A stretch of DNA of 64,000 nucleotides from a virus (taxonomy: Duplodnaviria > Caudoviricetes), in IMG/VR virus record IMGVR_UViG_3300025577_000005, positions 1-64,000 of that record. The stretch is one strand, 5' to 3'. Both the position numbers and the translations under genes were made by a program. The notes beneath the pieces were generated by a model. It ran no database searches. It was not told where the DNA came from and saw only the letters and a program-made list of their open reading frames with translations. This document shows positions 31,301-42,176 of the stretch, in pieces (within the stretch, counting starts at the first letter, position 1; every line of letters begins with the position of its first letter).

Positions 31301-34300
31301 TGTGAAGGAAGTTCTTCATTTATAGAACCATTTTTATACATCATTGGAGTTGATCCAATACCGATAAAAGTTGATTTTGGAGTGTATATCAATTCTTCAT
31401 TGTTACTAAAGAAATGACTATCGATTGAAAATTTGCCCGTTGATAGATCGAGAGTATCACTATCTGATGGATTAAACGATTTTGCAAAAATTGGAGTAGT
31501 ATTTGATTTCAATACAAAATCATTCTTATTGATTCTACTTCCATTAATTGCTAGATATGAGGAAGTATTTACAGTTTCAATAGAGTTTCCATATAAAAGA
31601 TTTGGTGCCTGATTAATAAGATCAACCGTAGTATATAAACATTCACTAAAAGAATTAATTTTTATATCTCCAGTAAAGTTAGAATCTGGATAAAACTTAA
31701 CTAAAACATCATCTCCGGAATATTCTCCTCCAAAAGTTCCTACTCCTAGTGGAGTGGACTCTCCACTTGTACTTCCTATTGATAGTAATGAATATTGTTG
31801 AATGTAAATATCAGTAGTATCTTGAACCATCATAATTTGATGGATTGATTTTGTAGATCCAATACTAACTTCAACTAAAGATCTTGCAGAATCAAAAATG
31901 TTTTTATCTAAAATTAGGAACGAGGTAGAAACACCAGAAGTTGTTGCAGAAAAACCTGATTCATAAATTGCAGATCTTTCATTACCTGCAGGTTGATTTG
32001 GTAAAACGTATCTAAAGGTTCCAACACCAACAGAAGTTGTTCCAAATCCAACTATACGTGTATTAATAATTACATCTTCATCAGTATCATTAGAATACTT
32101 TAAATTAAATAATCCTGATCCAGAATCTATATCTGCTTCGAAAGATCCTATAAGATTACTTGATCTTGAAAAATCTTCCGTATCAAAATAGAATTCTGAA
32201 ATATTTGTATCAGTTCCGTCATGAGTTACATATAATTCAACAAAGTTCATTTCATTAGTAACTTCTTTATAAACCTGTGCATTAACATGGAAAGAGGTAA
32301 ACTTGTCAGTTGAGACTCCAATAATATTAGTTGTATTACCCGTAAGGGACACTTGACTGCGAGAAGTTAAATCAACAAACCCTATTGATATTGTGCCTAC
32401 TCCAGTAATTTGGTTATTAAATTTTTTGTCAATATACTTAATATCATATTCAGTATTGTAAGGATCTTTGGGAGTGAATCTCAAATACTTATCATCAAAT
32501 TCATCAATTTCTATCGAAAAATCACCATATTGTTCTCCAACTATTGTAGTAAATCCCGATCCTACATTAACTAAAGATTGTTTTTCTAAAATAGCAATAT
32601 TATTATTAACTGAATTATTTAAAAATATTAAACTTGTTAACTGTATTTCATTTTTACCACTTATATCGGAAACTTTAAATAGGTAATTATTATAAGAATT
32701 TCCATCATTAATCTTTAATATGTTTTTATATGTAAAAGGTTCATCTTCAAAATTGGAGAATTGATTTGAAATATCATCTATCTTCAAAACAATATTGGAT
32801 ATAGATTCTTGATAATTTGTGAGTCTTTTATTTTTTAATTTTAAGAATTTTGATTTATTTTGTAAAATATCTACATCTGTCACAAAAGCAAAATTATTAA
32901 CTGTATCAACTCTTTTTTCATCAATATAATTTCTTATAATAGTTGTTGAATCGGAAAAACTAGTAATTCCAACTTTTTCATCTCCATCAGAAATAATCTC
33001 CGTATCTGAGAAATTTTTAATGCCAACAGAATGAACTAAACTATTAATAGGTGTTCTAATATCATTCCATTGTTGTTTACTCTTAATAGAGTATGAAAGA
33101 TTTTGATAGTAATCATTATCTTCAAGAACTTGGACACTTTCACTCAATTTTCCAGTTTCATTTTCCCAACCTTCAGATATTCTATTAGAAAATTTAATAT
33201 CAAAAATTCCATCATAATTTACTAAGGATTCTATAGTAGCAACATTTCCTGTAGATTTGCCTACAATTACTTCATTAGAGGAAAGATTGTAAGAACCAAA
33301 TACTTTGAGTGATCCGGAACTGTCGTAACCAATAACCTCAAGATCTCTTTCGATACCATTGGATAATAATTTTTCACCAACTTCAAATTCCGATGGAGAT
33401 AATGAAATTAAAAAAGTTGGATAATTTGTTTTGGATATAATAGTTCCAAATGAATCTTGAATTGTTTTTGCAATTCCTGTATTTGTTCCTAATCCAGAAA
33501 TATTAACTGTAACCTGATCATCATTTATTCCAGGTGTAAATTTATTTTCATATTTCGTTACTTCAAAAAACTTATATCCATAATCACTGGAATTAAATCC
33601 ATCTCCGGTAACACTAAACTTTTCAATTCCCTCTATAAAAACTTTTTCGCCTGAAGTAAAAACATCTGTAGAGAACCCTGCAAGTGGTGTTGTTATAATA
33701 CATGTAAAAATGCCAGTATTTGATGATTGAACTTCTTTAATACTAACTCCATTAGTATTATCAACAGTAAAAAGTTCTGCCGATTGATCGGATATTCCTT
33801 TGGGTAAAATATCAACAATTAAACTGGTGATTGAACTGCCAGTAATTTCTGGTATTATTAATCCACTATTCAATTCTGTTCTTGTATCATTATCTACAAC
33901 AACAATTTGTGGTGGTGAAGTATATCCAGCACCCCCAGAAGTTATTGTCACAATACCAATTGTATTCGAATCTTTTAATTTAATTTTTGGAGATATAGAA
34001 ACGTGTGGTCTTAAAGTTATATCCGAAGAATATTCAAAGTTTTCATTAATTATTCTTGTTTCTTCAATTTTTCCAATAGTATCAGAATTTAAAGAAACAG
34101 ATAAATTTGTTCCACTTATTGTGTTTACATTTGAAAGTGATGGTAATTTTTTATATTCAGATCCACTAGATATAATATTAATTTTATTTACTGGACCAGA
34201 AGATGATGTTGAAGTTGTTGTATATTCTAAATTATCGCATTCTGAAGAAATATAATTTAATTTTTCTGGAGATTCTTGTAAAGAAATTTGAAAGCTAGTT

Positions 34301-37300
34301 GATCCTATACCAAAAACATCATAAGTTTGATTATAAACACTATCGATAAATAAAATTTCGGAGAAATTATTTACATTTCTATCAGAGGAACTTATATATC
34401 CAGATTTTTCTAAAGAATAATAAAGTCTTTCTGGCAATCCGGAACTATAATTAATGGTGAATGAAGCATTGGTTGATATTCCTATTGTTCCAACACCAAC
34501 TGTACTAAAAGTTTCTGTAGAACCTGTTGATATAAACTCACTATTAAAATCTTGATCGTAATAAAGTTTAAACTCATATCCAGATAAAGAAGAATCCGAT
34601 AAATCAAATACTAAATTATTATTTGCAATTGTTTGTATTTGTGGATTAATTGGTGATATTGATTGTGAAGGTCCTCCTGTAGAAGCAAAACTTACGACTA
34701 TTGGAGGATTTTTTTGTGAATTAATATAAGTTTCACAGAATTTTATAGTATTTTCGTCAGTTTTATAAATGTAGTATTCTCTCTCAGTATTACCATCTTC
34801 GTAAAAAACTTTATCTCCTGTTATTAATCCATGTTCCGAAATAGTAATTTGATTAGTTATAGTATTGATTCCTGTAGAGTTAAACCCAATAGGATTAATC
34901 ACAATACTATCAATTTTGGATTTGTAAATAACATTAACTGCTATTGAAGTTCCAATACCCACTGAAAGGTTTGGTTTCACATTCATAGTGATTGAATCAC
35001 CCTTAACTAATCCATGCGAATAAGAAGTTGATATTGAAACAGTTGAGGTAATTTTCTCAATTTTTCCAAGTTTTTGTATGTTATTAGTATCGAAATAATA
35101 ATTATCAACATTATCACCTCCTGTTATGAAGAAAACTTCATCGGAAGTGAGAGAAGTTTTTATCCCAATAGTGCTTGGAGACTTATTGACAGCATATACT
35201 GGTTCTGTTGTTGGAAGATTAAATGGGGTTCCTGTAGGAGATGTTGAAATTGAAATTGCATTATTGCCATTTTGACTAAATGTAAGTTTTTGATTAGTTT
35301 GAAGAAAATGATCTTTAATACTAATTCTTTGTGTAGGAATAGATCCTGATATTACCTCCTGACCAAAAGAATATGATACATTATGGCCAGTTCCTGCTGT
35401 TGTACCAAAACCAACCGATTCTTGTGGATTGAAGTACATTCTATTATTAACTTTAGACTCAAAATAATCTACGTTTTGATCAATTGTAAATGTTTTTGAT
35501 TTAAATGATACTGCTGTTCCAACGGTATGTGCAATCCCAGAATTACCTCTTTTTACTCTAAAAATACTTTTATCTGAATATATGTTTAAAACTTCCAAAG
35601 TTTCAGTTCCAATTCCAATACTACTACCAGCAGAAACTCCTGCAGGAATCTGTGATACATATATTTCTGTTGTAGCTGCTCCGGAAGATGCAACTTCTGC
35701 CGTTAATCCTGCATTTGAAATAAATGGAATATTAACTTTAAAGGAATCATTCAATACAGAAAGATTTGAAGTACTAAATCCAGATATTAAAACATTATCA
35801 TTGTTTGACAACGTATGAAAAGGAGAAATTGTTATATTTACTTTATTATCTCCACTCCAAGTAAATACGGCATCATTATAAACTTCATGTAAAGTATCAA
35901 TTTTATCAACTTTTCTTCCTTTTAAAGATGAAACATTGGCATAAATTCCTCCACCGTCAGTATTATCATTATTGAATTTTAATAAATCGTTTACTTTATA
36001 ATTATCTCCATTATTAATAACAGAAATATTGGAAACTGATCCTTTACTAATAGATTCAACTATTACTCTTTGTTTTTTAATTGCATCATTTTCAATAATA
36101 AAATCATTACTAGCGTTCTTTTCTAAAATTTTATACCCTAAAGTATTTCTAGAAAGAGATGAATTATTAAAATCAAATTTTTGATCTAAACTTTGATTTT
36201 CATCAATAGTATTTGATCTAAAAGAATCTCCAATAAAATATGGGAATTGTGGTTCTCCTGTAATTCCATCTACAATTGCATGGTATGCATAAACACCATT
36301 TGGAAAATCTTCTGTCTTTGCAAATCTTCCATTATTTTTGTCTAAATCTCCATTTTGATTATTATAAACATAATCTTCGACAAAAAATCCTAAAGGAAAA
36401 TCAGATATAGATGGTCTGTCATAAACATTGGATATATTTGTAGTATAACCAGATGTCATGGTTTTAATACCAGAACTTACATTCTCCGGATCTACAGATG
36501 AATATGGTCCGTAAATAGGATTCCCATCATATGCCCATCCAATAATGTTAGACAAAGTTGTACCAGTGTCATTAAATGAGGATTGTAAATCTCCAAAATA
36601 TGCAGTTACTGAGTATGATAATTCATCATTTATATCTTTTAATATTTCAGTTTGTTGTGTAGGTAATTTTTGAACTTGATTAACTGTAAGTTCTCTTATA
36701 GATGCGTCTAAAATTTCATTATTACCAGAAGAGATGACTTTAATTACAGTAGAAGTAGAATATCCTATTCCTGCATTAATAATCTTAATATCAGTAATTT
36801 TTTTATCAGAAATTACTGCTCTTAATTTGGCACCACTTCCCGATTCAGTTGGATCAGAAACAATCAAATCTGGAATTGAAGAATATTCAAGTCCTCCAAA
36901 TTGTATATTTGTTTCATTGATAGATCCATTAACTATGATAGGAGTTATTTGAGCATCTCTACCAGTTTTAACCGTTAGAGAAGGTTTTTTCTCAAAATTG
37001 AGAATATTTGATCCATATCCAGTTCCTGGTTCATAAACGTAAATTTGTTCTATAGATCCTTTAACAACTGGTGTTGCTTCTATGGATTGAATTTGTGTCG
37101 ATGTCCCGATACCAACTGCAGTAAACTCAATATTTGCTCTTATGTTTGGATATTTAAACTCTTGGAAACCATTTCCAGTACTATCCAGTTCTTCATAATT
37201 TTGTGTTTCATAATTCGTAATATTTGTTCCTCCAATACCAGCATCACATAATCTAAAAGAATTTTCATCAAGTTTTAAGACATAGTATTGATTTGCAGTT

Positions 37301-40281
37301 GTAAGTCCTGTTATTCCACTTGTTTCATAATTATATTCTATAATTTCACCACTGTTGAATCCATGATTATTAAAGTTTATTGTATTTTTTGTGGTAGAAA
37401 TTCCTGCAGGTTTTACTAAGAGATTTCTATTCGTAAATGATCCTCCTTCTATTACTTTTATTTCCGAAATAGTATTATTTACAGATTCGGTTAAAAATTT
37501 ATGAGTTCCACTTAATGAAGTTGTTGCAAAAGAAATTTGATTAGTTTCATTTGAATAATCATCAAAATTATTAAATAATCTTATTGTTGTGTTATTATCT
37601 ACTTTTGCAAAATAATTTGCATTATTAGATAATTGAGATACTCCTATTCCAATACTAACACTTTCATTACCATTATTTCTATAAGTAATTTTTTGTCCAT
37701 TCGAAAAATTGTGATTATTTAAAAATGTTAACTGATTTGTAGATGCACTTATGCCTCCACCTTGTGCAATTTCTCTTGCATCAAATAATACTTCTCTTCT
37801 TCTTTTAACCAATATTGGTTCGAAAGATCCTCCAGATCCATTTCCACCAATAATATTAACTGACAATACTTGTTCAATGTCAAAATTTTGTTTATCTACA
37901 TCAATATCCGTTATTGTCCCACTTAAAACCGGTCGAACTAAAGATGTTATTCCAATACCAGCAGATACTTGTATATCTGGAGGATTGATAACATCAAAAT
38001 TAATTCCACCGTTTAAGATTTTAATATTTTCAATTGGACCAGAGTAAATTTTATCTAAAGTTTTATAATTAGAAATTTCAACACCATTAATTAACATTCC
38101 AATTGATCCTGGAATTGTTTTTTGCCCAATTCCATTTTCAATATTGGGATTGAGAGTGAATTTTTTTAGAATTTTTTGGGGATTTAATGTTTCTGATTTT
38201 TGAGAATATAAAATAAAATTGTGAGTTTCTAATGTTGAGGTTGGTGATTTGAATTGAACACTATTTGCATCAGAATTAATAAAGGAAAGAGAATTATAAA
38301 GTTTTATTTTTTTAGTATCAGATAAAACCTTAACATAATATGAACCTTCTTCTAACCCATCTAGAGGTCTTCCAGATGGTCTATATTGAATTCTTTCTCC
38401 ACTTATGAACGGAACAGGATTATCAAAGAAAATAGTAGTGTATAATCCAGTATTAGAATCAAGATCAATAATACTTCCAGAAGAAGACGAAATTGATATT
38501 GAATTAATTTCTTTTGTTATCTGATAAGCATATGAATTTGAAAATCCCCTTCCCCAGGATGGAAGTGAGTTTGAAGCTATGTATGCAAAGTTATCATCAT
38601 CAACATACATATTCTGAACATCAGAAATAATACTATTATTTTGATATTTAAAATTAACATTAGCACTATTTGCTTTATTAATTTTTCTTCTTAACTTTAT
38701 ATTTTGTTCTAAATTTGGAGAAAAATTACTTAAATTTGATATAGAAACTGAATTTGATGTAATATTTGCATTTACGTATGGCAAGTCTGTAGTATTTGTA
38801 GGATATATTACATTATTTGTTTTTTCATCTATAAATTCTACAAAATCACCCTTTTTTAATTGTGATCTATCAACAGAAGTTTTTAATATGACACCAGTTG
38901 GATTTTGACCACCAATAAAACTATCAATTTTTATTGAAGAACTGGTATTATAGATCCAAGAATTTGCAAAAATTTCCCTATACGTTTTATTTTGTTCTGG
39001 ATTTTCAATTAAAGTTCCAATACTCTTAACTGTTAAAATTTGATCTTCATCAACAGAAATTAAATCTGATTTTTGAATAAAATCTGAAAGAACACCATTC
39101 AATTTAAGAACAACTTTTTTCGATGTATCCCCATTTTCATAAGAAAAATATGTATTATCCGAAAAAATGTCTTCCGTAATAGTAATATTATCAACAATTC
39201 CAGAACATCCTAAAAACTGATTAACACTTTTATCAGAATATGTAATAGTATTATTTCCAGAATATATTGTTCCTGTCTGTTCAAATCCAATTGTAGAATC
39301 TACAGATATTACAGAAGCACCAATACTAACATTCTCTAAAACTTTTGAATTGGGAGTAATTGTAAAATTGCCCTGAACATTACTATTATCGCCATATCCA
39401 ACAAATAATCCTATTTTAAAATATTGCTTTTGTCCTCTTGTAAATATTTCAACTGAAGATATTGAAGCATTTGTTGCAGAATCTGTTGATTTAGTTAATG
39501 TCTGTCCTACTATTTTTGTAATATCTCCACTAATAGATTCGGCGACACATATTTCCTTTCTAATGAAGTTTGCATCTGATGGTTTTATTAAATATTCTTC
39601 AAGATTAATTACTTTTGGAGTTTCTCCGTATAATACATTAAATAATATTCTAAAGGAATCATCAGTGCCTTTTGATTCGTAAAAAGATCTTGATTCTTTT
39701 ATAAAGTTTCCGGCATTTATTTTAGGGTCAAAGACTCTATTTTCAAATCCAGGAGTATATGTATACTTTAATTTTTTATAAAATTCCTTTAAAAATAAAG
39801 AACTTAAATTATATACTGTAGAATTTGAACTATGAGAATTAGTAGTTGTATCTGAAAATATTAACTCTTCTTCATTTAAATCTTGATGATAACTAGTAAT
39901 TCCACTAAAACCACGAATACATCCAGTAAAAGTATTTGTAGTGAGTCCAGTATATGTGATTATCTCATCGTCAATCTTCAACAATCCATATTCTTGAGGA
40001 AATCCTTTTGTATTAGGAACACTAATTATGGTACTATCAGTATTGATATCAAAAGATAGAGTTGTTGATCCTACAACTACTTCTGGAATTAAGTTATCTA
40101 ATTTTAAATATTGATCCAGATTTTCTGCAATGTCAACAGGACCTCCCTGATATTCCTGAGAAATATAATATTGCTTTAAAAAATCTACTGCCTTTGGACT
40201 TTCACCTAGGACATATTCCGGTAATTGATTGGAAATTATGTCCTGAATCTTGATTCTAGATTCAATTCCAGTTTGTATCAT
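28321..40281 (-). CDS. g7: Baseplate wedge initiator gp7 (very large cyanophage form)
   Basis: 3986 aa between g6 and g8; FLKQYY, FYESKGTDDSFRILF, IIGWAYDGNPIYGP, DNDYYQNLSYS. Confidence 0.85.
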   Translation of the reverse strand: MIQTGIESRIKIQDIISNQLPEYVLGESPKAVDFLKQYYISQEYQGGPVDIAENLDQYLKLDNLIPEVVVGSTTLSFDINTDSTIISVPNTKGFPQEYGLLKIDDEIITYTGLTTNTFTGCIRGFSGITSYHQDLNEEELIFSDTTTNSHSSNSTVYNLSSLFLKEFYKKLKYTYTPGFENRVFDPKINAGNFIKESRSFYESKGTDDSFRILFNVLYGETPKVINLEEYLIKPSDANFIRKEICVAESISGDITKIVGQTLTKSTDSATNASISSVEIFTRGQKQYFKIGLFVGYGDNSNVQGNFTITPNSKVLENVSIGASVISVDSTIGFEQTGTIYSGNNTITYSDKSVNQFLGCSGIVDNITITEDIFSDNTYFSYENGDTSKKVVLKLNGVLSDFIQKSDLISVDEDQILTVKSIGTLIENPEQNKTYREIFANSWIYNTSSSIKIDSFIGGQNPTGVILKTSVDRSQLKKGDFVEFIDEKTNNVIYPTNTTDLPYVNANITSNSVSISNLSNFSPNLEQNIKLRRKINKANSANVNFKYQNNSIISDVQNMYVDDDNFAYIASNSLPSWGRGFSNSYAYQITKEINSISISSSSGSIIDLDSNTGLYTTIFFDNPVPFISGERIQYRPSGRPLDGLEEGSYYVKVLSDTKKIKLYNSLSFINSDANSVQFKSPTSTLETHNFILYSQKSETLNPQKILKKFTLNPNIENGIGQKTIPGSIGMLINGVEISNYKTLDKIYSGPIENIKILNGGINFDVINPPDIQVSAGIGITSLVRPVLSGTITDIDVDKQNFDIEQVLSVNIIGGNGSGGSFEPILVKRRREVLFDAREIAQGGGISASTNQLTFLNNHNFSNGQKITYRNNGNESVSIGIGVSQLSNNANYFAKVDNNTTIRLFNNFDDYSNETNQISFATTSLSGTHKFLTESVNNTISEIKVIEGGSFTNRNLLVKPAGISTTKNTINFNNHGFNSGEIIEYNYETSGITGLTTANQYYVLKLDENSFRLCDAGIGGTNITNYETQNYEELDSTGNGFQEFKYPNIRANIEFTAVGIGTSTQIQSIEATPVVKGSIEQIYVYEPGTGYGSNILNFEKKPSLTVKTGRDAQITPIIVNGSINETNIQFGGLEYSSIPDLIVSDPTESGSGAKLRAVISDKKITDIKIINAGIGYSTSTVIKVISSGNNEILDASIRELTVNQVQKLPTQQTEILKDINDELSYSVTAYFGDLQSSFNDTGTTLSNIIGWAYDGNPIYGPYSSVDPENVSSGIKTMTSGYTTNISNVYDRPSISDFPLGFFVEDYVYNNQNGDLDKNNGRFAKTEDFPNGVYAYHAIVDGITGEPQFPYFIGDSFRSNTIDENQSLDQKFDFNNSSLSRNTLGYKILEKNASNDFIIENDAIKKQRVIVESISKGSVSNISVINNGDNYKVNDLLKFNNDNTDGGGIYANVSSLKGRKVDKIDTLHEVYNDAVFTWSGDNKVNITISPFHTLSNNDNVLISGFSTSNLSVLNDSFKVNIPFISNAGLTAEVASSGAATTEIYVSQIPAGVSAGSSIGIGTETLEVLNIYSDKSIFRVKRGNSGIAHTVGTAVSFKSKTFTIDQNVDYFESKVNNRMYFNPQESVGFGTTAGTGHNVSYSFGQEVISGSIPTQRISIKDHFLQTNQKLTFSQNGNNAISISTSPTGTPFNLPTTEPVYAVNKSPSTIGIKTSLTSDEVFFITGGDNVDNYYFDTNNIQKLGKIEKITSTVSISTSYSHGLVKGDSITMNVKPNLSVGIGTSIAVNVIYKSKIDSIVINPIGFNSTGINTITNQITISEHGLITGDKVFYEDGNTEREYYIYKTDENTIKFCETYINSQKNPPIVVSFASTGGPSQSISPINPQIQTIANNNLVFDLSDSSLSGYEFKLYYDQDFNSEFISTGSTETFSTVGVGTIGISTNASFTINYSSGLPERLYYSLEKSGYISSSDRNVNNFSEILFIDSVYNQTYDVFGIGSTSFQISLQESPEKLNYISSECDNLEYTTTSTSSSGPVNKINIISSGSEYKKLPSLSNVNTISGTNLSVSLNSDTIGKIEETRIINENFEYSSDITLRPHVSISPKIKLKDSNTIGIVTITSGGAGYTSPPQIVVVDNDTRTELNSGLIIPEITGSSITSLIVDILPKGISDQSAELFTVDNTNGVSIKEVQSSNTGIFTCIITTPLAGFSTDVFTSGEKVFIEGIEKFSVTGDGFNSSDYGYKFFEVTKYENKFTPGINDDQVTVNISGLGTNTGIAKTIQDSFGTIISKTNYPTFLISLSPSEFEVGEKLLSNGIERDLEVIGYDSSGSLKVFGSYNLSSNEVIVGKSTGNVATIESLVNYDGIFDIKFSNRISEGWENETGKLSESVQVLEDNDYYQNLSYSIKSKQQWNDIRTPINSLVHSVGIKNFSDTEIISDGDEKVGITSFSDSTTIIRNYIDEKRVDTVNNFAFVTDVDILQNKSKFLKLKNKRLTNYQESISNIVLKIDDISNQFSNFEDEPFTYKNILKINDGNSYNNYLFKVSDISGKNEIQLTSLIFLNNSVNNNIAILEKQSLVNVGSGFTTIVGEQYGDFSIEIDEFDDKYLRFTPKDPYNTEYDIKYIDKKFNNQITGVGTISIGFVDLTSRSQVSLTGNTTNIIGVSTDKFTSFHVNAQVYKEVTNEMNFVELYVTHDGTDTNISEFYFDTEDFSRSSNLIGSFEADIDSGSGLFNLKYSNDTDEDVIINTRIVGFGTTSVGVGTFRYVLPNQPAGNERSAIYESGFSATTSGVSTSFLILDKNIFDSARSLVEVSIGSTKSIHQIMMVQDTTDIYIQQYSLLSIGSTSGESTPLGVGTFGGEYSGDDVLVKFYPDSNFTGDIKINSFSECLYTTVDLINQAPNLLYGNSIETVNTSSYLAINGSRINKNDFVLKSNTTPIFAKSFNPSDSDTLDLSTGKFSIDSHFFSNNEELIYTPKSTFIGIGSTPMMYKNGSINEELPSQVFAIVNTDDSFSISTTKAGSAVTFTSVGEGNAHVFAMAKKNEKAIVTIDNIVQYPIAFTKISQDLSGNGGSISIGATIFALSGISTISPLDILRIDNEYMKVINVGFGTSNIGPITNIGSQKLVEVERGFVGSSATSHTDGTSSRIYKGSYNIVDDSIFFTKAPRGNSNITRTNNNLIFETSDFTGRVFLRKDYTTNEVYDDISDGFNGIGRTFTLTVGGANTSGVGTIGGNGLVFINGIFQTPTTENNPENNFRIIEQTSPTGISSIIFSGIRTDVINPNSILVSESDINQNQIPRGGLIVSLGSTGGLGYAPLAGAAVTAVVGAGGSIVSVGLGISDNNGSGYNGIVSIGISVHEDNHIGDVAVITASVGAGGTLSFNVSAGGTGYNNPEIFVSEPTYENLEVVGVSRVGVGATTDTGIGLLLNIDVNESSVTGIGSTYFEVKNFSITRSGYSFKKGDVFKPVGLVVDKNLTSPISEYEFTVLETFSDNFGSWQFGELDYIDSVKNFQDGVRIRFPLKYNGSILSFEKPENSVIELQNVLIVIMNGVIQDPGVAYVFDGGTSFAFTVPPKPEDQIDIFYYRGTRGIDDIQVNNVLPTLEKGDDVKVFKNDSIIETITQDQRTIFDISFSDKFETSLYVDQGIDQVNHKPMSWTKQKTDRVINGEFVYKTRQSTIAQIYPTAKIIKDITTSDSRIFVDNISNFGYDLTAPGPYNNVAGIIVDGKVDPSPANITASVGGGKISSLTIVDGGSGYVGSTVNIKFQSPLQIGVGIGTTAQATGTVTDGVITGTTITNPGFGYTTNPITITPLPDSNIENLNQIKFIKGFSGIITGIGTTSGSGGHPLALKFFLDMGTTNFGNDLEVGYPIFVKDTMIGFGVTSVDSSNTAVVGIGTTFLDNIYYINQLSRSGDFVGIVTCNIDSGTDITGLSTDGDYVGEFSWGLFTTITRSSAPISIGVSGKTVDVGLSTFPTIQRRGEGIRLTGALPDTKDN

Positions 40282-40282
40282 A

Positions 40283-42175
40283 TTACTTTCTAATTAAACT
40301 TCCGTTTGAATAACTTGATGTGTAAAAATCTCTATTAAAGACTGTACCTGATATTTCATCGCCGGATGAAATAACATCCTTAATCATATTTATTTTACTT
40401 GTTGCGATGTCAAAATTAAGATAGAGATCTCTTAATCCGACAACATCATTTGATTCTGGAAATGCTTGTATTTCTATAACGTTATTTGGTTTAACAGTTG
40501 ATACAATATTTATTGTTCCTAAATTAATTTCACCTTTTATATAATCAACTGTTCCTGCAGATTTTGAAATAACTCTTATAGTTCCGTCCGATAAATCTTT
40601 GACAATAGAGAGAAGTCCAGTTTTTTTATCCTCATTTGGTACATCAGTCAAATAGACAATATCACTTTCTCCAGATATTCTAAATCCAGTAGATTTAATA
40701 TTTTTTCCATCTTCAGACACATGGAACTGATTGCCAAAACATAATTCATACTGAGCAAACTGATTGAATAAGGCAAATAAATTTCTTCTTACTGTGACTC
40801 TAGTAATATTTGATGTAATAGAAGTGTCAGTATTATCAATGGTTCTTAAAACTTGACTATACCTCATTCTTCCTCCAAATTTATTCATATCAGTTGATTT
40901 AGAATAACTTGTAAGTGTATTAATTACTTTAGATTTTAAATTTTCTGGTGTTGATATCATTGAATCATTATAATAAATAAAGGATTCAATCTCAACATAT
41001 AAAATTTTAAGATCTACGATTTTTTGATTTATTCCAGATATTGAATATTGTTTAAGTTTTGATAAAATTCTAGATTTATTAAACTCAGATACTAAAAATC
41101 CATTTTTAGGTTTAATTGAAATTTGAACGGTTCCAAACTCTGGAGGATCTAGTTCTTCACCACCAACAATAGATACAGATTCAGTATCTGGATATATTGT
41201 TTTGACAATTGATTCATAATCTCTCCCAGTAACTGCTCTATTTTGTGCAGAATATATTCTCGGAGCAAAATATTTAACAGAATCTACAGATTCAATATCT
41301 CCTCCATTTTGAGATGATTGATTTGTAATAACAGAAAATGGTTCCGGAGAAACTGAATTGTTATCACTATCGACTATATTTCCAGAAAATGAGAACCTAT
41401 TAGCATTATTACCATCTTTTCCGTCAGTAACAAGATAATTTACGGTAACTACTTCTCCAGTCTCCAATTTTCTTCCAATTAAACCATCACCAAATAAAAG
41501 TTCATACTTTTCATCTTGAATTTCTTGAATTAGATACACATATGAGGACGCAGTAATATTATTGATATTATTGATTAATTCATATTCTGTCCCTAACCCG
41601 GAATCTCCTTCTTTTTTTACATATACTTTTATTGTTGATGTATCAATAAATGAATTATTAAGAATAAATTTTTGATCTAAAGATGAATCGACTAAGAATT
41701 GTTTAGTAAGAAATGTTCCTTCAAAAATCTCAATATTTTCAAATGTTGCGGTTCCTTGATTTGCTTGTCTTTGTATATCCTCTAATATTGAAAATGTATA
41801 CGAAGTATCATTTGCATCTCCGACACAAACTAATCCTTTCTTTAATGTCAACGTTGGTGACAAAGATCCATTTACAGTCGTTGTAAAGGTCACAGATGCC
41901 TTTGCAGCACTTCTTGACTTGGGAACATACCCAATATTCCTAGCAAGAGAAACAACGTTCTCACGGAGTGTTGCAGAGTCCAAGAAAGACTCATTCACAA
42001 CCATGTTTGAGTTGAATGCTGTTATGTAAGTATTATATGCTAAAGTATCAATCAATACTGAAAAATTAGAACCCTCAAAGTCAAATCCTGTGAAATCTGA
42101 ATTTGCACGTAGATAATCTTTAATAGATTCTTTTATTTGATCGAAATCTAAATTGGTAAATTTTGTAAAAGGCAT
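40283..42175 (-). CDS. g6: Baseplate wedge subunit gp6
   Basis: LDFDQIKESIK, FEGSNFSVLIDTLAYNT, ESFLDSATLRENVVSLAR, QNRAVTGRDY. Confidence 0.95.
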   Translation of the reverse strand: MPFTKFTNLDFDQIKESIKDYLRANSDFTGFDFEGSNFSVLIDTLAYNTYITAFNSNMVVNESFLDSATLRENVVSLARNIGYVPKSRSAAKASVTFTTTVNGSLSPTLTLKKGLVCVGDANDTSYTFSILEDIQRQANQGTATFENIEIFEGTFLTKQFLVDSSLDQKFILNNSFIDTSTIKVYVKKEGDSGLGTEYELINNINNITASSYVYLIQEIQDEKYELLFGDGLIGRKLETGEVVTVNYLVTDGKDGNNANRFSFSGNIVDSDNNSVSPEPFSVITNQSSQNGGDIESVDSVKYFAPRIYSAQNRAVTGRDYESIVKTIYPDTESVSIVGGEELDPPEFGTVQISIKPKNGFLVSEFNKSRILSKLKQYSISGINQKIVDLKILYVEIESFIYYNDSMISTPENLKSKVINTLTSYSKSTDMNKFGGRMRYSQVLRTIDNTDTSITSNITRVTVRRNLFALFNQFAQYELCFGNQFHVSEDGKNIKSTGFRISGESDIVYLTDVPNEDKKTGLLSIVKDLSDGTIRVISKSAGTVDYIKGEINLGTINIVSTVKPNNVIEIQAFPESNDVVGLRDLYLNFDIATSKINMIKDVISSGDEISGTVFNRDFYTSSYSNGSLIRK

Positions 42176-42176
42176 A

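Noticed and set aside
28321-40281. The 12-kb ORF as a novel giant protein
   Set aside because: Very large gp7-position proteins are normal for T4-like cyanophages
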